Under the pieces are notes generated by a model, which was given only the letters and a program-made list of their open reading frames with translations, was not told the origin of the DNA and did not search any database. Shown here piece after piece: positions 50,926 through 64,000 of a DNA stretch of 64,000 nt. Source of the DNA: Octopus vulgaris (lineage: Eukaryota); assembly GCA_951406725.2 (NCBI GenBank), contig OX597819.1, positions 80,848,001-80,912,000 of the forward strand, given 5' to 3'. Both the position numbers and the translations under genes were made by a program. Position 1 is the stretch's first letter. Each line of letters starts with the position of its first letter.

Positions 50926-51802
50926 GCATCAAATCATTGGCATTCGTCCATATTTTATCATAACTAGTTTTTTCTACAAGGAAAGAATCTACATCTTTAA
51001 AAATTTCATGTAACCATTAAACTATTTTTCCTGGAAATATTTACTTTCGGATTTAAGGTTCACCCGGAGGTTTAACTCGTTAATTTTCAGGCGATCCGCT
51101 TGTTTTGTTTTGCCTTGCAAAATTTTTCTCGGGTAGCCTATATGTAGGTTTGGCGATCATACTTACATTTTAACTTTCTTTTAAATATGTTTAGCTTCTG
51201 AAGTACCACATCGTTGAAATACTTTATGCTTATAGCGCGACCTCTAAGCTTATTAAATGGATCAAAATTTAAAATTGAATACAGTGCCTGAAGTTTTTTT
51301 TAAGAAAACACCATCAACGATGAAAATACAGTGGTTTGTTTCACTGTGTGTGTGAGTGTGTGTAAAATATGATAATAAATAGATGGCAGAAATAAAACTT
51401 TTTTTTTTACAAATATACAAGCCTGTACGTATGATGAAGACATTTACATTTACACCATTCACTCTTTTTAGATTATTTCATTAAAACAGAAATATTGAGT
51501 TTTTTGTTTCTCATATATTTATATTTACAAGATTGTGCTAGATTTATTTATATATACGTAAATAATGACGTATTAATAAAAATGATCGTGTAATCATTAT
51601 AATTACAATCGTCATAATGTTTTGTGTTAAAAGAATTCTGCACCTTTGTGACGTTATATGTTCGTTTAAATGGAGGGAATGAAGATTATCAGACTCATGT
51701 TTGCATGTGAAAATGAACTGATATGGACAAGACAATATATACAGTCAATGACTGTGACTGTTAATAAATAGATATAGACCAGATGCAAAATATACAAATA
51801 TT

Positions 51803-52267
51803 TTACGATATCAATTTCATGCTTCTAATACTGCTGTTTAAAGTTCTTTCATCAAATATGGTCTGGCTAAATACTGACGATTTCCGATTCCACGACTTAT
51901 TTTGTTTCTCTAAAATTTTCCCTTCGAGATCGAATAGATGTTCATCTTCATCTTCAGGAATGTAATCTCGGATAAATTGAGCAAGCTTCAATACATATTC
52001 GGAATTCGTTCCGCATGTACCACTCGCCCAAATAATTTGTTCAGCCATCTGATCTGTATCACAGGGACCTAAATACTGAGAATTGTTCGACGTTGCTGTG
52101 TAGCAAATAACATTTATTGTCTGGTTGTCAAACGTGTCTCGTGGATGGAACTGGGTTTCAATACAACGGTAGCCGCCTAATTTAGTTTCTCGAGTTTCTA
52201 GATGAGATAAGGCATCTTGGATGTTCTCTTTTCCGCAGACTTCAAACGCAACACCCCAAACTTGTTT
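51803..52267 (-). CDS. CHAC1: ChaC-family gamma-glutamylcyclotransferase, coding exon 3 (154 aa + stop)
   Basis: AG acceptor after a polypyrimidine tract at 52268-9; KQVWGVAFEV..LETRETKLGGY..YLGP..MAEQI..ASGTCGTNSEYVLKLA..DEHLF; 465 nt in frame. Confidence 0.93.
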   Translation of the reverse strand, partial: KQVWGVAFEVCGKENIQDALSHLETRETKLGGYRCIETQFHPRDTFDNQTINVICYTATSNNSQYLGPCDTDQMAEQIIWASGTCGTNSEYVLKLAQFIRDYIPEDEDEHLFDLEGKILEKQNKSWNRKSSVFSQTIFDERTLNSSIRSMKLIS

Positions 52268-52411
52268 CTATACAAAAAAAAAAAGAAAAGAGAAAGAGAG
52301 GTAATAAAATTAAAAATATGCATCTAAAATATACGCAAATATATATTAAAAAAAACACACACACACACACATACATATATATATGCGTGTGTGTGTGTAT
52401 GTATGCAGCAC

Positions 52412-52628
<217 letters not shown>

Positions 52629-53669
52629 ATATATATACACACATACACACATACATATATGACGAGATTCAATATAGTTCCTGTCTCCCAAATTCACTCA
52701 CTATGCATTGGTCAGCCCAGGCCTATAGTAAAAGAAATTTGTTCAAGATGTCCTACAGTGGGAATGAAATATGTGATTGAAAAGCGATGTAAAATTTTCT
52801 GTTAGACTAAAAAAAAAATTCAAAATGCGTTTAACATTTATTTCTTAATCAACGCATGTGAAACTTTAACTAACTCATTCAAATTGAGTCATCTTTGATG
52901 TGATAAATAATGATAAAATCGCTGCTACATGACTCAGGATTTCAAGTTAAAATATGTTAACCATACAGTACTTCCACAGGCTTGATGGATCACCATCACA
53001 AGTGGTGATACATCCTTACGTGAAGTATTCTTACGTGTGTTACGTCATTTGGCCAGTAGTCTGCTGCCGGTAGTCTGATATTTTGTTAATCCCCGTCAGC
53101 TGCAAGTCTTAATTTGGTAGAATAATGTTTCCTTAATTATAAATGAGAACATGTCGACGACAAGGTTTTCAAATGTGTTTAAGAAATATCGAAACGATTG
53201 ATGAAAACATTGAGATTTTCATCCTATTAAGCTATTCGCTCGCTATGGAGCGGAGGCTATCGACGACTTTTCTCCACTGTCCTCGACTCTGTGCAGGAGC
53301 ACTTCCTCAGTGTGAGGAGTAGCATATGTTTCTCCAGAAGATGCTGTAATCTTTTTTTTTTTTCTAGGTAGACCCATTTTTACCTATGAGAAGATGTGGC
53401 CCGTATTAACCTGGCTTCTATCCTTTGGCTTGTTCCGCATGGTGGGTCTTACCAGGGGCTTGCATATCGCAGGCATAACTCTCAGGGTAATCTATAAGCA
53501 CCGGCCACCACACAACTACAAGGACGAACCTTGTGGTCATTTTTATTCTATTGTGGACAATTTAAACCTATGCTGTATTTGTTTAACCCCAAGTCAGCTC
53601 CGATAGATCAGATCTATCGATGATCAAAGACGTTTCAGTTTTTTTTTTAAATTCATATAATAGACTCAG

Positions 53670-53827
53670 ATATGCTGTGCGGTAAAAAGTGTGCTTCCCC
53701 CCACCCATATGGTTCCTGGTTCAGTCCCATTGCGTGGCATATTGGGCAAATGTCCTGTTCTATAACCTCGAGCCGACCAAAGCCTTGAAAGTGGATCTGA
53801 TTGACGGAAACTGAACAAAAGCCTGTC

Positions 53828-53872
<45 letters not shown>

Positions 53873-53921
53873 TAAGGAAGAAAGAGAGAGAGAGAGAGAG
53901 AGAGAGTAGAAGGCTTGAAAA

Positions 53922-53952
<31 letters not shown>

Positions 53953-54035
53953 ATACTAGGTTCGACTCATTCTACTATAATTCTTCAATGCCCTAGTATA
54001 GCCGTAGTCAAATGACTGAAACAAGTGAAAGACAA
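53670..54035 (+). mobile_element. SINE family A in ChaC intron 2
   Basis: Similarity to family A; ends ~20 bp from the exon 2 donor. Confidence 0.82.
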
Positions 54036-54057
54036 AATAAAACCAGGATATACTTAC

Positions 54058-54093
54058 ATTTTTACTTTCCACCAAAGTAGCAACACGTCCAGG
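54058..54093 (-). CDS. CHAC1: ChaC-family gene, coding exon 2 (36 nt, PGRVATLVESKN)
   Basis: ttttag|CCT GGA CGT GTT GCT ACT TTG..AAT|gtaagt; conserved PGRV.TL motif; phase 0 on both sides. Confidence 0.93.
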
Positions 54094-54264
54094 CTAAAAG
54101 GAAAAAAGAAGAAAAGCAAAAAATAAAATTTTAATAAAAATATTAAAACATTTCAAGATAGTGGATAATAAGATAAGCTATAAAGTGTTTATTTGCTCTA
54201 AGTTGTTTTTAGACCGCTATGTCTTAACAGACATAGTAGTGGTCGTCGGATAAAATGACAGACA

Positions 54265-54409
54265 TGGCTGCCGTGGTTAGCAAGTTCACTTTGTAACCAC
54301 GTGGTTTTGGTATCAGTTCTTTCCTGCGTGACACCTTAGGCAAGTATATGCTACTAAAGTGCTTCTGCACTCCGCCCACTGGTAGACGGAAACTGTGCGG
54401 AAATCCCCC

Positions 54410-54450
<41 letters not shown>

Positions 54451-54719
54451 CACACACACATACATACATACATACATACATACATACATACATACATACA
54501 TACATACATACATACATACATTTGAGTGCTTGTGTTGTGTGTGTGTATACGTTTATTATTATGAATAATCGGCAGAAGTTACAGAGTGACTCAAGGGTCG
54601 AGCGTTTCGTGCTTCGGCACGTATCAGACTTACAAGACCAGTTTGATAAGTGCCAGTGCACAGAACTCTCGGCCCTGAGTCACTCTGTTACTTCTGCCGA
54701 TCATTATGCACACACACAC

Positions 54720-54775
<56 letters not shown>

Positions 54776-54920
54776 ATACACACTCACACACGAATGTATC
54801 TTATATATGTTTGTGTTTATGACCCCCACCTCCATCGCTTGATTAAAAAAAAAAAAAGTACTGGGGGTTGATTTCTTTGTCTAAACCTTTCGAGGCGACG
54901 TCCTTGAAAGATGTAAGCGA
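54265..54920 (+). mobile_element. SINE family A (diverged, interrupted) in ChaC intron 1
   Basis: Similarity to the other family A copies. Confidence 0.65.
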
Positions 54921-55038
54921 TAAAAACAAAAATAAGATATTCAGTAATCGAATCAATAAGTCTTTCGACCGACCAGAGCTGCTGAGGTCGGGTTTAAACA
55001 TCAAAACAATAACACAATAAAAACAACAGCAGTAATAG

Positions 55039-55085
<47 letters not shown>

Positions 55086-55719
55086 GTAACAGTTCCAGTA
55101 CCAAAAGCACCTTACGTCAGTAACTAACAAAATCCCAAAACAAAACAACAACACGACAATGTGTTGTGCTTCATAAATATTATGTTATTGACGACACAGT
55201 TCGGCAGAGTTTCGTAAAAAAGGGAAAATAGGAGAATACAAACAAACAACACAGATAGAGGTATTTCGAGTAGATTTATCAGTTGTTTTGAAGCAATTAG
55301 CCTACTTAATTTTAGCATGTTTTGCCAGAGGATTCTACAGTACACACATATTCTAGCTTGTACCTAGTTTTTAACTTCTCGCCAGTTCGTAAGAGTATAT
55401 ACGACCTTGATAAAAGAACACGAAACAAAACAAAACAAAACAAAAAAGCGTACAGAGACATTTCGCTCACATGTACAAGTAACGTGTTTTTTCTTTTTCT
55501 CTTTGGGTGGATGTTATTTTGGGCTTTCCTTAAAATATATATTGCATCATTCGGAGCTAGTTTTCAAGATATTTGCATAAACTTTTTTTTTTTATATGTA
55601 AACGCAGTGTTAAGGCAGAAAATTAATATTTACACAAACCGATGTAAACTGACCCACACCAACGCCTCAACTATTTATGTATATTTTTTATAAACTTAGC
55701 CAAGTAGTTATACAAGAAT

Positions 55720-55795
<76 letters not shown>

Positions 55796-55841
55796 GTGGC
55801 TCAAGGCCGAGAGTTTCGTGCATGTCACTTGTCAAACTTCC

Positions 55842-55880
<39 letters not shown>

Positions 55881-56144
55881 CACTATATATATATATAATC
55901 CTTCGAAACGTAGAGTAGATGAAACCTTAGCGACTGAAGAAGGGGATTTTTCGTTGTGCTTATTGTCCTGTATCTCTTTTTTTCTTTTTTGCTCGTCCTG
56001 TTCCTTGGTTTGTGTCTATGTTTTTCGTCTCTCTATATGTTCGACGTCTTTTTGGTGTCCTGTACACATATATGCGTGTATATGTACATGTAGAGGTAGG
56101 TACGTACATATATGTTTATATATATGCATATGTTCTATTTTATT

Positions 56145-56251
<107 letters not shown>

Positions 56252-56283
56252 TGTATGGAAGCCCACAGTGTATATATATATAT

Positions 56284-56600
56284 ATGGCTTAGTGGTTAGG
56301 GCATTCGGCTTACGATCGAAAGGTCGTGAGTTTAAGTTCCGGCAACGCTTTGTGTCCTTGAGCAAGACACTTTATTTTCATGTTGCTCCAGTCCACTCAG
56401 CTGGCAAAAATGAGTGTTACTTGTATTTCAAAGGGCCAGCATTGTCACACTCAGTGTTGCGCCGCTGAATGTCCCTGAGAACTATGTTAAGGGTACACGT
56501 GTCTGTGGAGTGCTCAGCCACTTGTACGTTTATTTCACGACCAAGCTTTTCCATTGATCGTATCAGCTGGGACCCGCGTCGTCGTAACTGACGGACTGCT
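56284..56600 (+). mobile_element. tRNA-derived SINE family C
   Basis: A-box tggcttagtggttag, degenerate B-box, CORE-like tgtgtccttgagcaagacact. Confidence 0.7.
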
Positions 56601-56638
56601 CCGATACATACATACATACATATATATATATATTAGCA

Positions 56639-56685
56639 AAAACTGTCCGATGAACGGCAACGGGAAACTTAGAGTAACAGGTTTT
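56639..56685 (+). ncRNA. Type I hammerhead motif (CCGAUGA core) in a ~150-bp TA-inserted element (56634-56784)
   Basis: aaaacugu-CCGAUGA-acg gcaa cgg-GAAA-cu uag ag-UA-acagguuuu. Confidence 0.7.
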
Positions 56686-56782
56686 GTTGAATTTTCTGCT
56701 GCTTTAAATAAAGCACATTACTCTACCACTGGTATTTGAGTACTCTTTTTTCCACCTTGTTTCACATTTATGTGTTTACTCC

Positions 56783-56837
<55 letters not shown>

Positions 56838-58294
56838 AAATTACAGCAACTTTAGTGCCTGTACTTATTTCATCATCGAAACTTTATATCGGAAATCCGT
56901 TTTACGTACATAAAAAACAGAAACTGAACTAAAAATTTCCCATCATTATTTAAGCAAAGAATGCTCTGTAAGTATAGAGTTAGCTAACTACACAATATTT
57001 CAAGCCAAACGTTGGAAAGAAAGTAAACTCAGTTGTTGTTCTCGTTCTCCTTTATATTTTATTTTCACTTTTTTACGAAAGTTAATGAGACGTGTCGACT
57101 TAAATGTATTCGCTTATGAACCTTTCATAATGTAGTTGTTGGTATTGCTAGGATGCCTTGGGGTTAAACAATAGCAAAAATATAACAGTCGTTAATATGC
57201 TATCTTTTTAGTCACCTACGTTGCCTGATGTGTCGTTTCCTATTTAAGGCGGTAGGGTGGATTTTAAAGGATGTTTTGGCTGCTATTTCTAGCAGTTTGA
57301 GCGACCATGGAGAAGCTGCGTTGTTTACACATCAAACGCACGTGTTTATGCTATTATTAGTCACGTTGACACAAATATTTATTCGCCTACTGCCTACTTA
57401 CTATCATTGTTTTACATAGGAAAAGATACTTGTTTTTAGAGACATTCGCGTCATCAGCAAAGTGTTGTGGAAGGAAAAGCAACCAATTCTGGTAATGGTG
57501 GTGGGGTGGGGGTTTTTGTTTCATTTAAAAAAAAATTTTTTTTTTACATAAAACATATTTTCTTTCTAGACAACAAATTTATGATAAATAAGCTATTTTA
57601 CGTGACCAGTTTCAAACTGGGACTCGAAGCGCTCAGGTTGTATTTGCTTATTGTTATTGACTGACTGACTGACTTCGTCTGATAATAAGGTCGCAGTTGC
57701 TGTGCCATCCAGGTCTACGACCTAACTACTAGGTTACTGTGGTTTGCGCTCAATAAATAACGACAGTAGCGTGGTTCAGTGCATTGATTTACCCGGCGGG
57801 GTGGTCAATCACGCCGTTAAGAACGGCCCTTCATCTGGATTTCTTTTTTTCTCTTTTCTCTCCTTCCGTCATATTCATACTATACACACCACGACCTATA
57901 GTGATGAATTATACGCGTTGTTGCAGCGTGTGTATTTGTCAAGATGCCGGCTATACTCTCATATTGTCCAGTAAGAAGTTTGTGACGAGCGAAGCTACGG
58001 TTTGAAGCAGAAGAAAATAAAACAAGGAGACATGGACAGAGCCTTTTAAGAAGGAAAATTCCGCTTAATTTTTTTTTTTTTAAATTGTCGCCTGACCGAA
58101 AACCAGCTATTTTGGCGAAATAATTCTAACTAAAACTAGATAATGTGACGCAACAGGCATTGCTCTTTGCAACAAGTCTTAAAGTCACAACACGAAGACT
58201 AATAAAACAATAGTCACAGATGTTGTTCTACCAAGCTGATGGTCATTAGATCTTGATTTATTATTTTTCTCCTCAAAACAGTTATTTCTATCTT

Positions 58295-58700
58295 TTATCA
58301 TTTACTTGCTTCATTCACTGGACTGCAGCCATGCTGGGGCAACGCCTTGAAGATTTTAGTCGAACGAAGCGACCCCAGTTCTTCTGGTATTTGTAGTATC
58401 GGTTTCTTTTCCCGAACTGCTAAGTCGCGTCACCATAACCGTTACGTTACAGGGACGTAGCCTAGCGGTTTCGGCAAAAGCAATGGGAGTCGGACAAACA
58501 CAAAGATGCATGCATACATATACGGCGGGCTTCCACACAGTTTCCGTCTGCCAAATTCACTTACGAAGCATTGGTCGGCTCGGGGGCGTGGGGGGAGGCT
58601 ACAGCAGAAGACACTTGCCGAGGTACCATGCAATGGGACTGAACTCAAAACCACGTGGTTGCAAGCGATCTTCTTAACCACACAGCCAAGCATGCACCTC
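58295..58700 (-). mobile_element. SINE family A in ChaC intron 1
   Basis: Similarity to the other family A copies. Confidence 0.8.
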
Positions 58701-59917
58701 TAGGCGTACTATTTTCCATTCACACACACACACACACATACACACACACTAATGAAATTAATGTTTTGCGTAATTGTGTAATCGTGAGAGAATAATTTGG
58801 GTGGAGATGAGTTTTAAAAAAAAAATCGGAAAAAGAAAACTTAAGTGAAAACTGGTAAAATGTGGGATAATAAATAATGTCATGCTGATTAAATCTGTCT
58901 GGATCAATGAAGAACAAAGTGAAAACGAAATGAATTTAATAAAACCACTTTAAGTATGCATGCGAAGGTACACACGCACACACTAATGTTAGCATACATT
59001 AGCGGTTGTTGCTGTAAGCTCGTTTGAGCTATCAACATAGCCACGCGGCTGACGCTGGTGAAAGCAGCCAGGCATTATCCTTGATGCAAAAACATTAGGC
59101 GACTGCTATTATAAGAGCAATGATAAGCATGCACACACTTAAGAACATGAACATCCATAACCATTCATCCATTCCGTCCATCATTCATCCGCCCGTCTCT
59201 CTGTCCGTCTGTCCGTCCGTCGGTCCGTCCGTCCATCCATCCATCCATCCATCCATCCATCCAGCGATCCATCCATCCATCCATCCAGCGATCCATCCAT
59301 CCAGCCATATCCATCCACGCAAATACTCTAAGCAAAGCTGCCTCTGTCCAATACTTCTTATAGTTGATATTAAAGAAATGTATACAAGACAGTAGAGAGA
59401 CGGTTAAAAAAAGAAAAAAAGGGAAAGGAGACTCTGTAGTTTTTTGATTATTGTATTTGCTAGCATCAATGATGCACAAGCATTATAGGACGCACTGCAA
59501 TTTCAGCACCGCTATTCAGAAAGAAAAAAAAAGTTTCTACTGCATTAAAGTTTATGGGAGGTTCAACTTCGAGTACAAGACCCGGAATGATGTTCTAAGA
59601 CATTTCTTTTTCTTTTGGGAAAAATGAAAAAAAGTGCGTTTTAAATGCTATCAAATGCAGTACGTCCTGACGTTTTGGTTGGTACCCTGGAAGCGCAGAC
59701 TAAATGCTATATGCTTAGATTAAACATAGTTTCATATTTTGTTTGACCTCTCTAAATTCCGCTTTTAAAATTCTCCGCTAGTATCAGTTTAAATATCAGC
59801 ATTGGGTCTTATGTCCTGTTATGGAATTAGTGAGCATTCGCAGAAGAAAATAATTCAAGCACTAATTTTGTAAATAAGTTGAAACAGTATATACAAAGAT
59901 AAATACATAACGCTTAC

Positions 59918-60076
59918 CTTTTCTTTTGTGCCGCGCTGGTACATGTTGCCCTGCCAAAATGTGCGCTTGAACCCTTTTATGTAGCCAATTAACTTCTTTC
60001 TGTAACAGATGTTTGGTTTCCACGTTAGGGAACCATACCCAAACACCCATAATGAATCTGTCTTTTCAATTATCAT
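59918..60076 (-). CDS. CHAC1: ChaC-family gene, coding exon 1 (53 aa)
   Basis: LWVFGYGSLTWKP..GYIKGFKRTFWQG...RGT followed by AAG|gtaagc donor. Spliced protein is 219 aa. CHAC1 versus CHAC2 assignment is tentative. Confidence 0.93.
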
Positions 60077-60414
60077 CGCTGGTAGATTCGTTTCACGAAA
60101 GATTACGATAACCTCCGTAAAACTCAGCTGTTTTGTTTACAATATAAGTTAATAATAGCTATCTATCTATCTATATATATATATATGTAGATAGATATAT
60201 TTATACATATAAATATATAGATCGAAAAACGGTTCGCTTAGAATATTAGTTATATATCGTTTAACGATAGAAAATTTTCTTGTAAGTCAGTTAATCGTTT
60301 GATCCGCACTAAACAAAGTTTCCGCAGACTTGCTAAATATTTCGTCTCTCTTCGAGTGGAGTATTTTACAAACAACTGTAGCATCAAGCTTGTCAAAGCA
60401 TTTTTATCAACACT

Positions 60415-60546
60415 TATTGGCTCCTCCTTTTACTCGGCAGCCAATAAATATTTCTTGTGGGCGGTATTTGTATTTCGTTCCTCAATAGTCTATCTACTTT
60501 TCTTGTTTGACCAGTTGACAGTCGGTAAATAATGAAATATACAAAC

Positions 60547-60597
<51 letters not shown>

Positions 60598-60634
60598 TAA
60601 TAATAAAACCAAATGAAACAAAACTATTGCATCA
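60415..60634 (-). promoter_or_regulatory. Putative ChaC promoter: two CCAAT boxes (~60417, ~60442) and an ATTGCATCA C/EBP-ATF (AARE/CARE) motif at 60626-60634
   Basis: Motif matches upstream of the ATG; no transcript evidence. Confidence 0.4.
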
Positions 60635-60653
60635 CTCTGACATGTTTTTAATG

Positions 60654-60690
<37 letters not shown>

Positions 60691-60706
60691 GTTAGTATTA
60701 TTATTA

Positions 60707-61005
60707 AGGCGGCGAGCAGGAGGAATGGATGATGTTACGCCGGAGAAAATGATTTGTGGCATTTCGTCCATCGCTACGTTCTGAGATCAAATTCCGCTGA
60801 GGTCGACTTTGCCTTTCATCCTTTCGAGGTCAATAAATTAAGTACCAGTTATACACTGGGGTTCAATGTAATCGATTAACCCCTTCCCCAAATTTCAGGC
60901 CTTGCGCCTAAAGTAGAGTTTCTTCTTCTTCTTCTTCTTCTTCTTCTTCTTCTTCTTCTTCTTCTTCTTCTTCTTCTTCTTCTTCTTCTTCTTCTTCTTC
61001 TTCTT

Positions 61006-61036
<31 letters not shown>

Positions 61037-61240
61037 ATGTGGCGAGCTGGCAGAATCGGTAGCACGCCGGGCGAAATGCTTAGTAGTATTTCGTCTGTCT
61101 TTGTGTTCTGAGCTCAAATTCCGCCGAGGTCGACTTTGCTTTCCATCCTTTCGGAGTCGATAAATTAAGTACCAGTTGCGTACTGGGGTCGATCTAGTCG
61201 ACTAGCCCCCCCCCCTCCCCCCAAATTTCGAGCCTTGAAC
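60707..61240 (+). mobile_element. Two SINE family B copies separated by (TTC)n (60919-61035)
   Basis: Similarity to family B plus direct reading of the microsatellite. Confidence 0.85.
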
Positions 61241-61369
61241 TGGATTTACACCAAAATACTGAGAATAAAATTCGACAGAACTCTAAGCAGAATCAGTCTG
61301 GTGTGTGTGCATAAGGGTGCGTGCATGTGTGTGCATGTGCGTGTGTGTGTGTGCGTGCAGTACGCATGA

Positions 61370-61531
61370 CTGGTGCAGGTATGGCTGTATAGTTAAGGAT
61401 CTCGCTGTGCAACTAAGTAGTTTCGAGTTCAATCCCAATGGATGGCACCTTGAGAAAATGTTAGCTCCGAGTCAGCCAATATCTTGTGAATGAATTTGGT
61501 AGGTGCAAACTTTGTGAAAGCCCGACGTGTT

Positions 61532-61610
<79 letters not shown>

Positions 61611-61624
61611 GTCTGTCTATCTGT

Positions 61625-61676
<52 letters not shown>

Positions 61677-61728
61677 TTCTGTGTGTATGTGTGTGTATGT
61701 GTGTGTATGTGTGTGTATGTGTGTGTGT

Positions 61729-61805
<77 letters not shown>

Positions 61806-61990
61806 CGTCTCCTACCACCGCTTGGTTTGTTAGTGTCCGCGTAAGCTTGCGGTTCGGCAAAGGGAGGTTGAAAAAAAGAAAAAAAAACAACTACCAGACG
61901 TTTTAAAAAGTCAATACTGCATGCGATTTGTTTGCCTAAGTCCTTCAAGGTGGTGCCCAAGCATGGCCACAGTCACTGACAGAAACAAGT
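61370..61990 (+). mobile_element. SINE family A (diverged, expanded (TATC)n/(TG)n)
   Basis: Similarity to the other family A copies. Confidence 0.7.
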
Positions 61991-62142
61991 GGATGATGGA
62001 AGAACAAAACGTTGTCTGTGTGTATGGTTATGTATTTGCACAGAACCGCCTTAACAGAAGAAAAGGCCCACGAGAAAAGCAATTCACTGAACTCCTACGT
62101 ATTTAACCACGAAAGTTTCTTGATTTCTCTCTTTGTTTATAC

Positions 62143-62550
<408 letters not shown>

Positions 62551-62552
62551 AT

Positions 62553-62745
62553 AAGACTGCGGCCAAGCTGGGCCACCGCCTTGAAGAATTTTTAGTCGAA
62601 TGAAGTGAGCCCAGAATTTTTTATTTTTTATTAAAGCCTGGTCCTTATACTATCAGTCGCTTTTGCCGAACTGCTAAGTTACGGGGACGTAAACACATCA
62701 GCAACGACTGTCAAACCGTAGTTGGAGAACAGATAGAAACACGCG

Positions 62746-62788
<43 letters not shown>

Positions 62789-62965
62789 ACACACACACAC
62801 ACACATTCACGACGGGCTTCTTTTCCGTTTCTGTCTATCATATCCACTCACAAAACTCTGCTCGACCCGAGGCTATTGTAGAAGACACTTGCTCGAGGTG
62901 CCACGTAGTGGAACTGAACTTGAAACCATGTAGTTGGGAAACAATCCTCTTACCACACAGCCAAG
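62553..62965 (-). mobile_element. SINE family A
   Basis: Similarity to the other family A copies. Confidence 0.82.
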
Positions 62966-63295
62966 GAAAAAGAAGTCGAAATTCTAAAAAGACCAAACAG
63001 AATTAAAACAATTCTCGTCTGATAATTCTTCATACGCCAGACGCTTTGATCACCGGAGTTCTTTTATTAATGGCAAAATATATCTCAACATTTTTAATCT
63101 AAGATTGAGCACTTCCATAATTATCATATTTTAACAACTTTCTTCACTTTGAAGGCTTATAAATTTTTTTTTTAATATTTGTTAGTTTTAATATGAAAAC
63201 AAACTTTGCACCAGAACCTAGGTCACCTCTCTCTCTAGTTTAAAAATTTTGTTGAATAATAAACTAAACTTTTCGCATAGATGTTACTATTGAAA

Positions 63296-63356
<61 letters not shown>

Positions 63357-63369
63357 ATTATTATTATTA

Positions 63370-63547
63370 AAGACGCGAGCGGGCACGCCGGGCAAAATAC
63401 TTAGCGGAATTTAGTCCAACTTTATGTTCTGAGTTCAAACACCACCGAGATCAACTTTGCCTTTCATCCTTTCGGCGTCGGGAACTTAAGTACCAGTGAA
63501 ACACTGGGGTCGGTGTAATCGACTGGTTCCTCTTACAAAATTTCAGG

Positions 63548-63550
<3 letters not shown>
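63370..63550 (+). mobile_element. SINE family B flanked by (ATT)n
   Basis: Similarity to the other family B copies. Confidence 0.8.
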
Positions 63551-63619
<69 letters not shown>

Positions 63620-64000
63620 GTTTATTATGATTAAATGTGAAAGCAATGCATGTCATCAGAGTGACACTGGCGGTGTATATACGAAACCCAGTATACTCAT
63701 CGTGACTACCCGTCCGATAAGGGTACACCAGGTACATGTATCACAACCATCAGAGATGTACATATTGTCAGTCATGTCAGTCACTAAGAGACATGCTCAA
63801 CTGGTTATGGTCAAACAACTGACTAGCAAATCTGTGGTATTGAACAGAATACTTACTGTAGCCCATCGTTTATATCAAGACAAAACAATGTACATGATAA
63901 CACTTCCAATCAGTTAAGATCAGAAGCCACGAGAGCCACTGCCTGGTACTGCATCAGGGCATTAAAACCGCGAGCGGACACACCGAGTAAAATGCTCAGC

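Noticed and set aside
55898-55950. Permuted (type II) hammerhead: ccttcGAAAcgta...CTGAAGAagggg (also 13425-13475)
   Set aside because: Core-like words are present but I could not build consistent stems I and II, and the other copies read TTGAAGA. Left unresolved; a family alignment is needed.
59855-59917. C-terminal VSVMYLSL... extension of the ChaC ORF
   Set aside because: Intron read-through beyond the GT donor at 59917.

Overview
AT-rich, microsatellite-dense metazoan genomic DNA; the SINE families and repeat landscape suggest a coleoid cephalopod (Octopus-like; inference). One host gene is supported: a 3-exon ChaC-family glutathione-specific gamma-glutamylcyclotransferase (CHAC1-like, 219 aa, minus strand, 60076-51803). 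The rest is mobile DNA: a Penelope-like retroelement (RT + GIY-YIG), CR1-group, RTE and L1/Tx1 LINE pieces, a CsRn1-type Ty3/Gypsy LTR relic, Tc1/mariner relics, non-autonomous Helitrons, 8-bp-TSD MITEs and many tRNA-derived SINEs. The main hidden signal is 13 hammerhead-ribozyme (HHR) motifs read by eye in about 8 sequence families of mostly short non-coding elements that sit in (TA)n-type microsatellites. These include a 492-bp tandem retrozyme-like repeat and a perfect 134-bp palindrome encoding an HHR on both strands. In two unrelated families the inversion junction lies within a few nt of the predicted self-cleavage site. Most listed ORFs are microsatellite artefacts.
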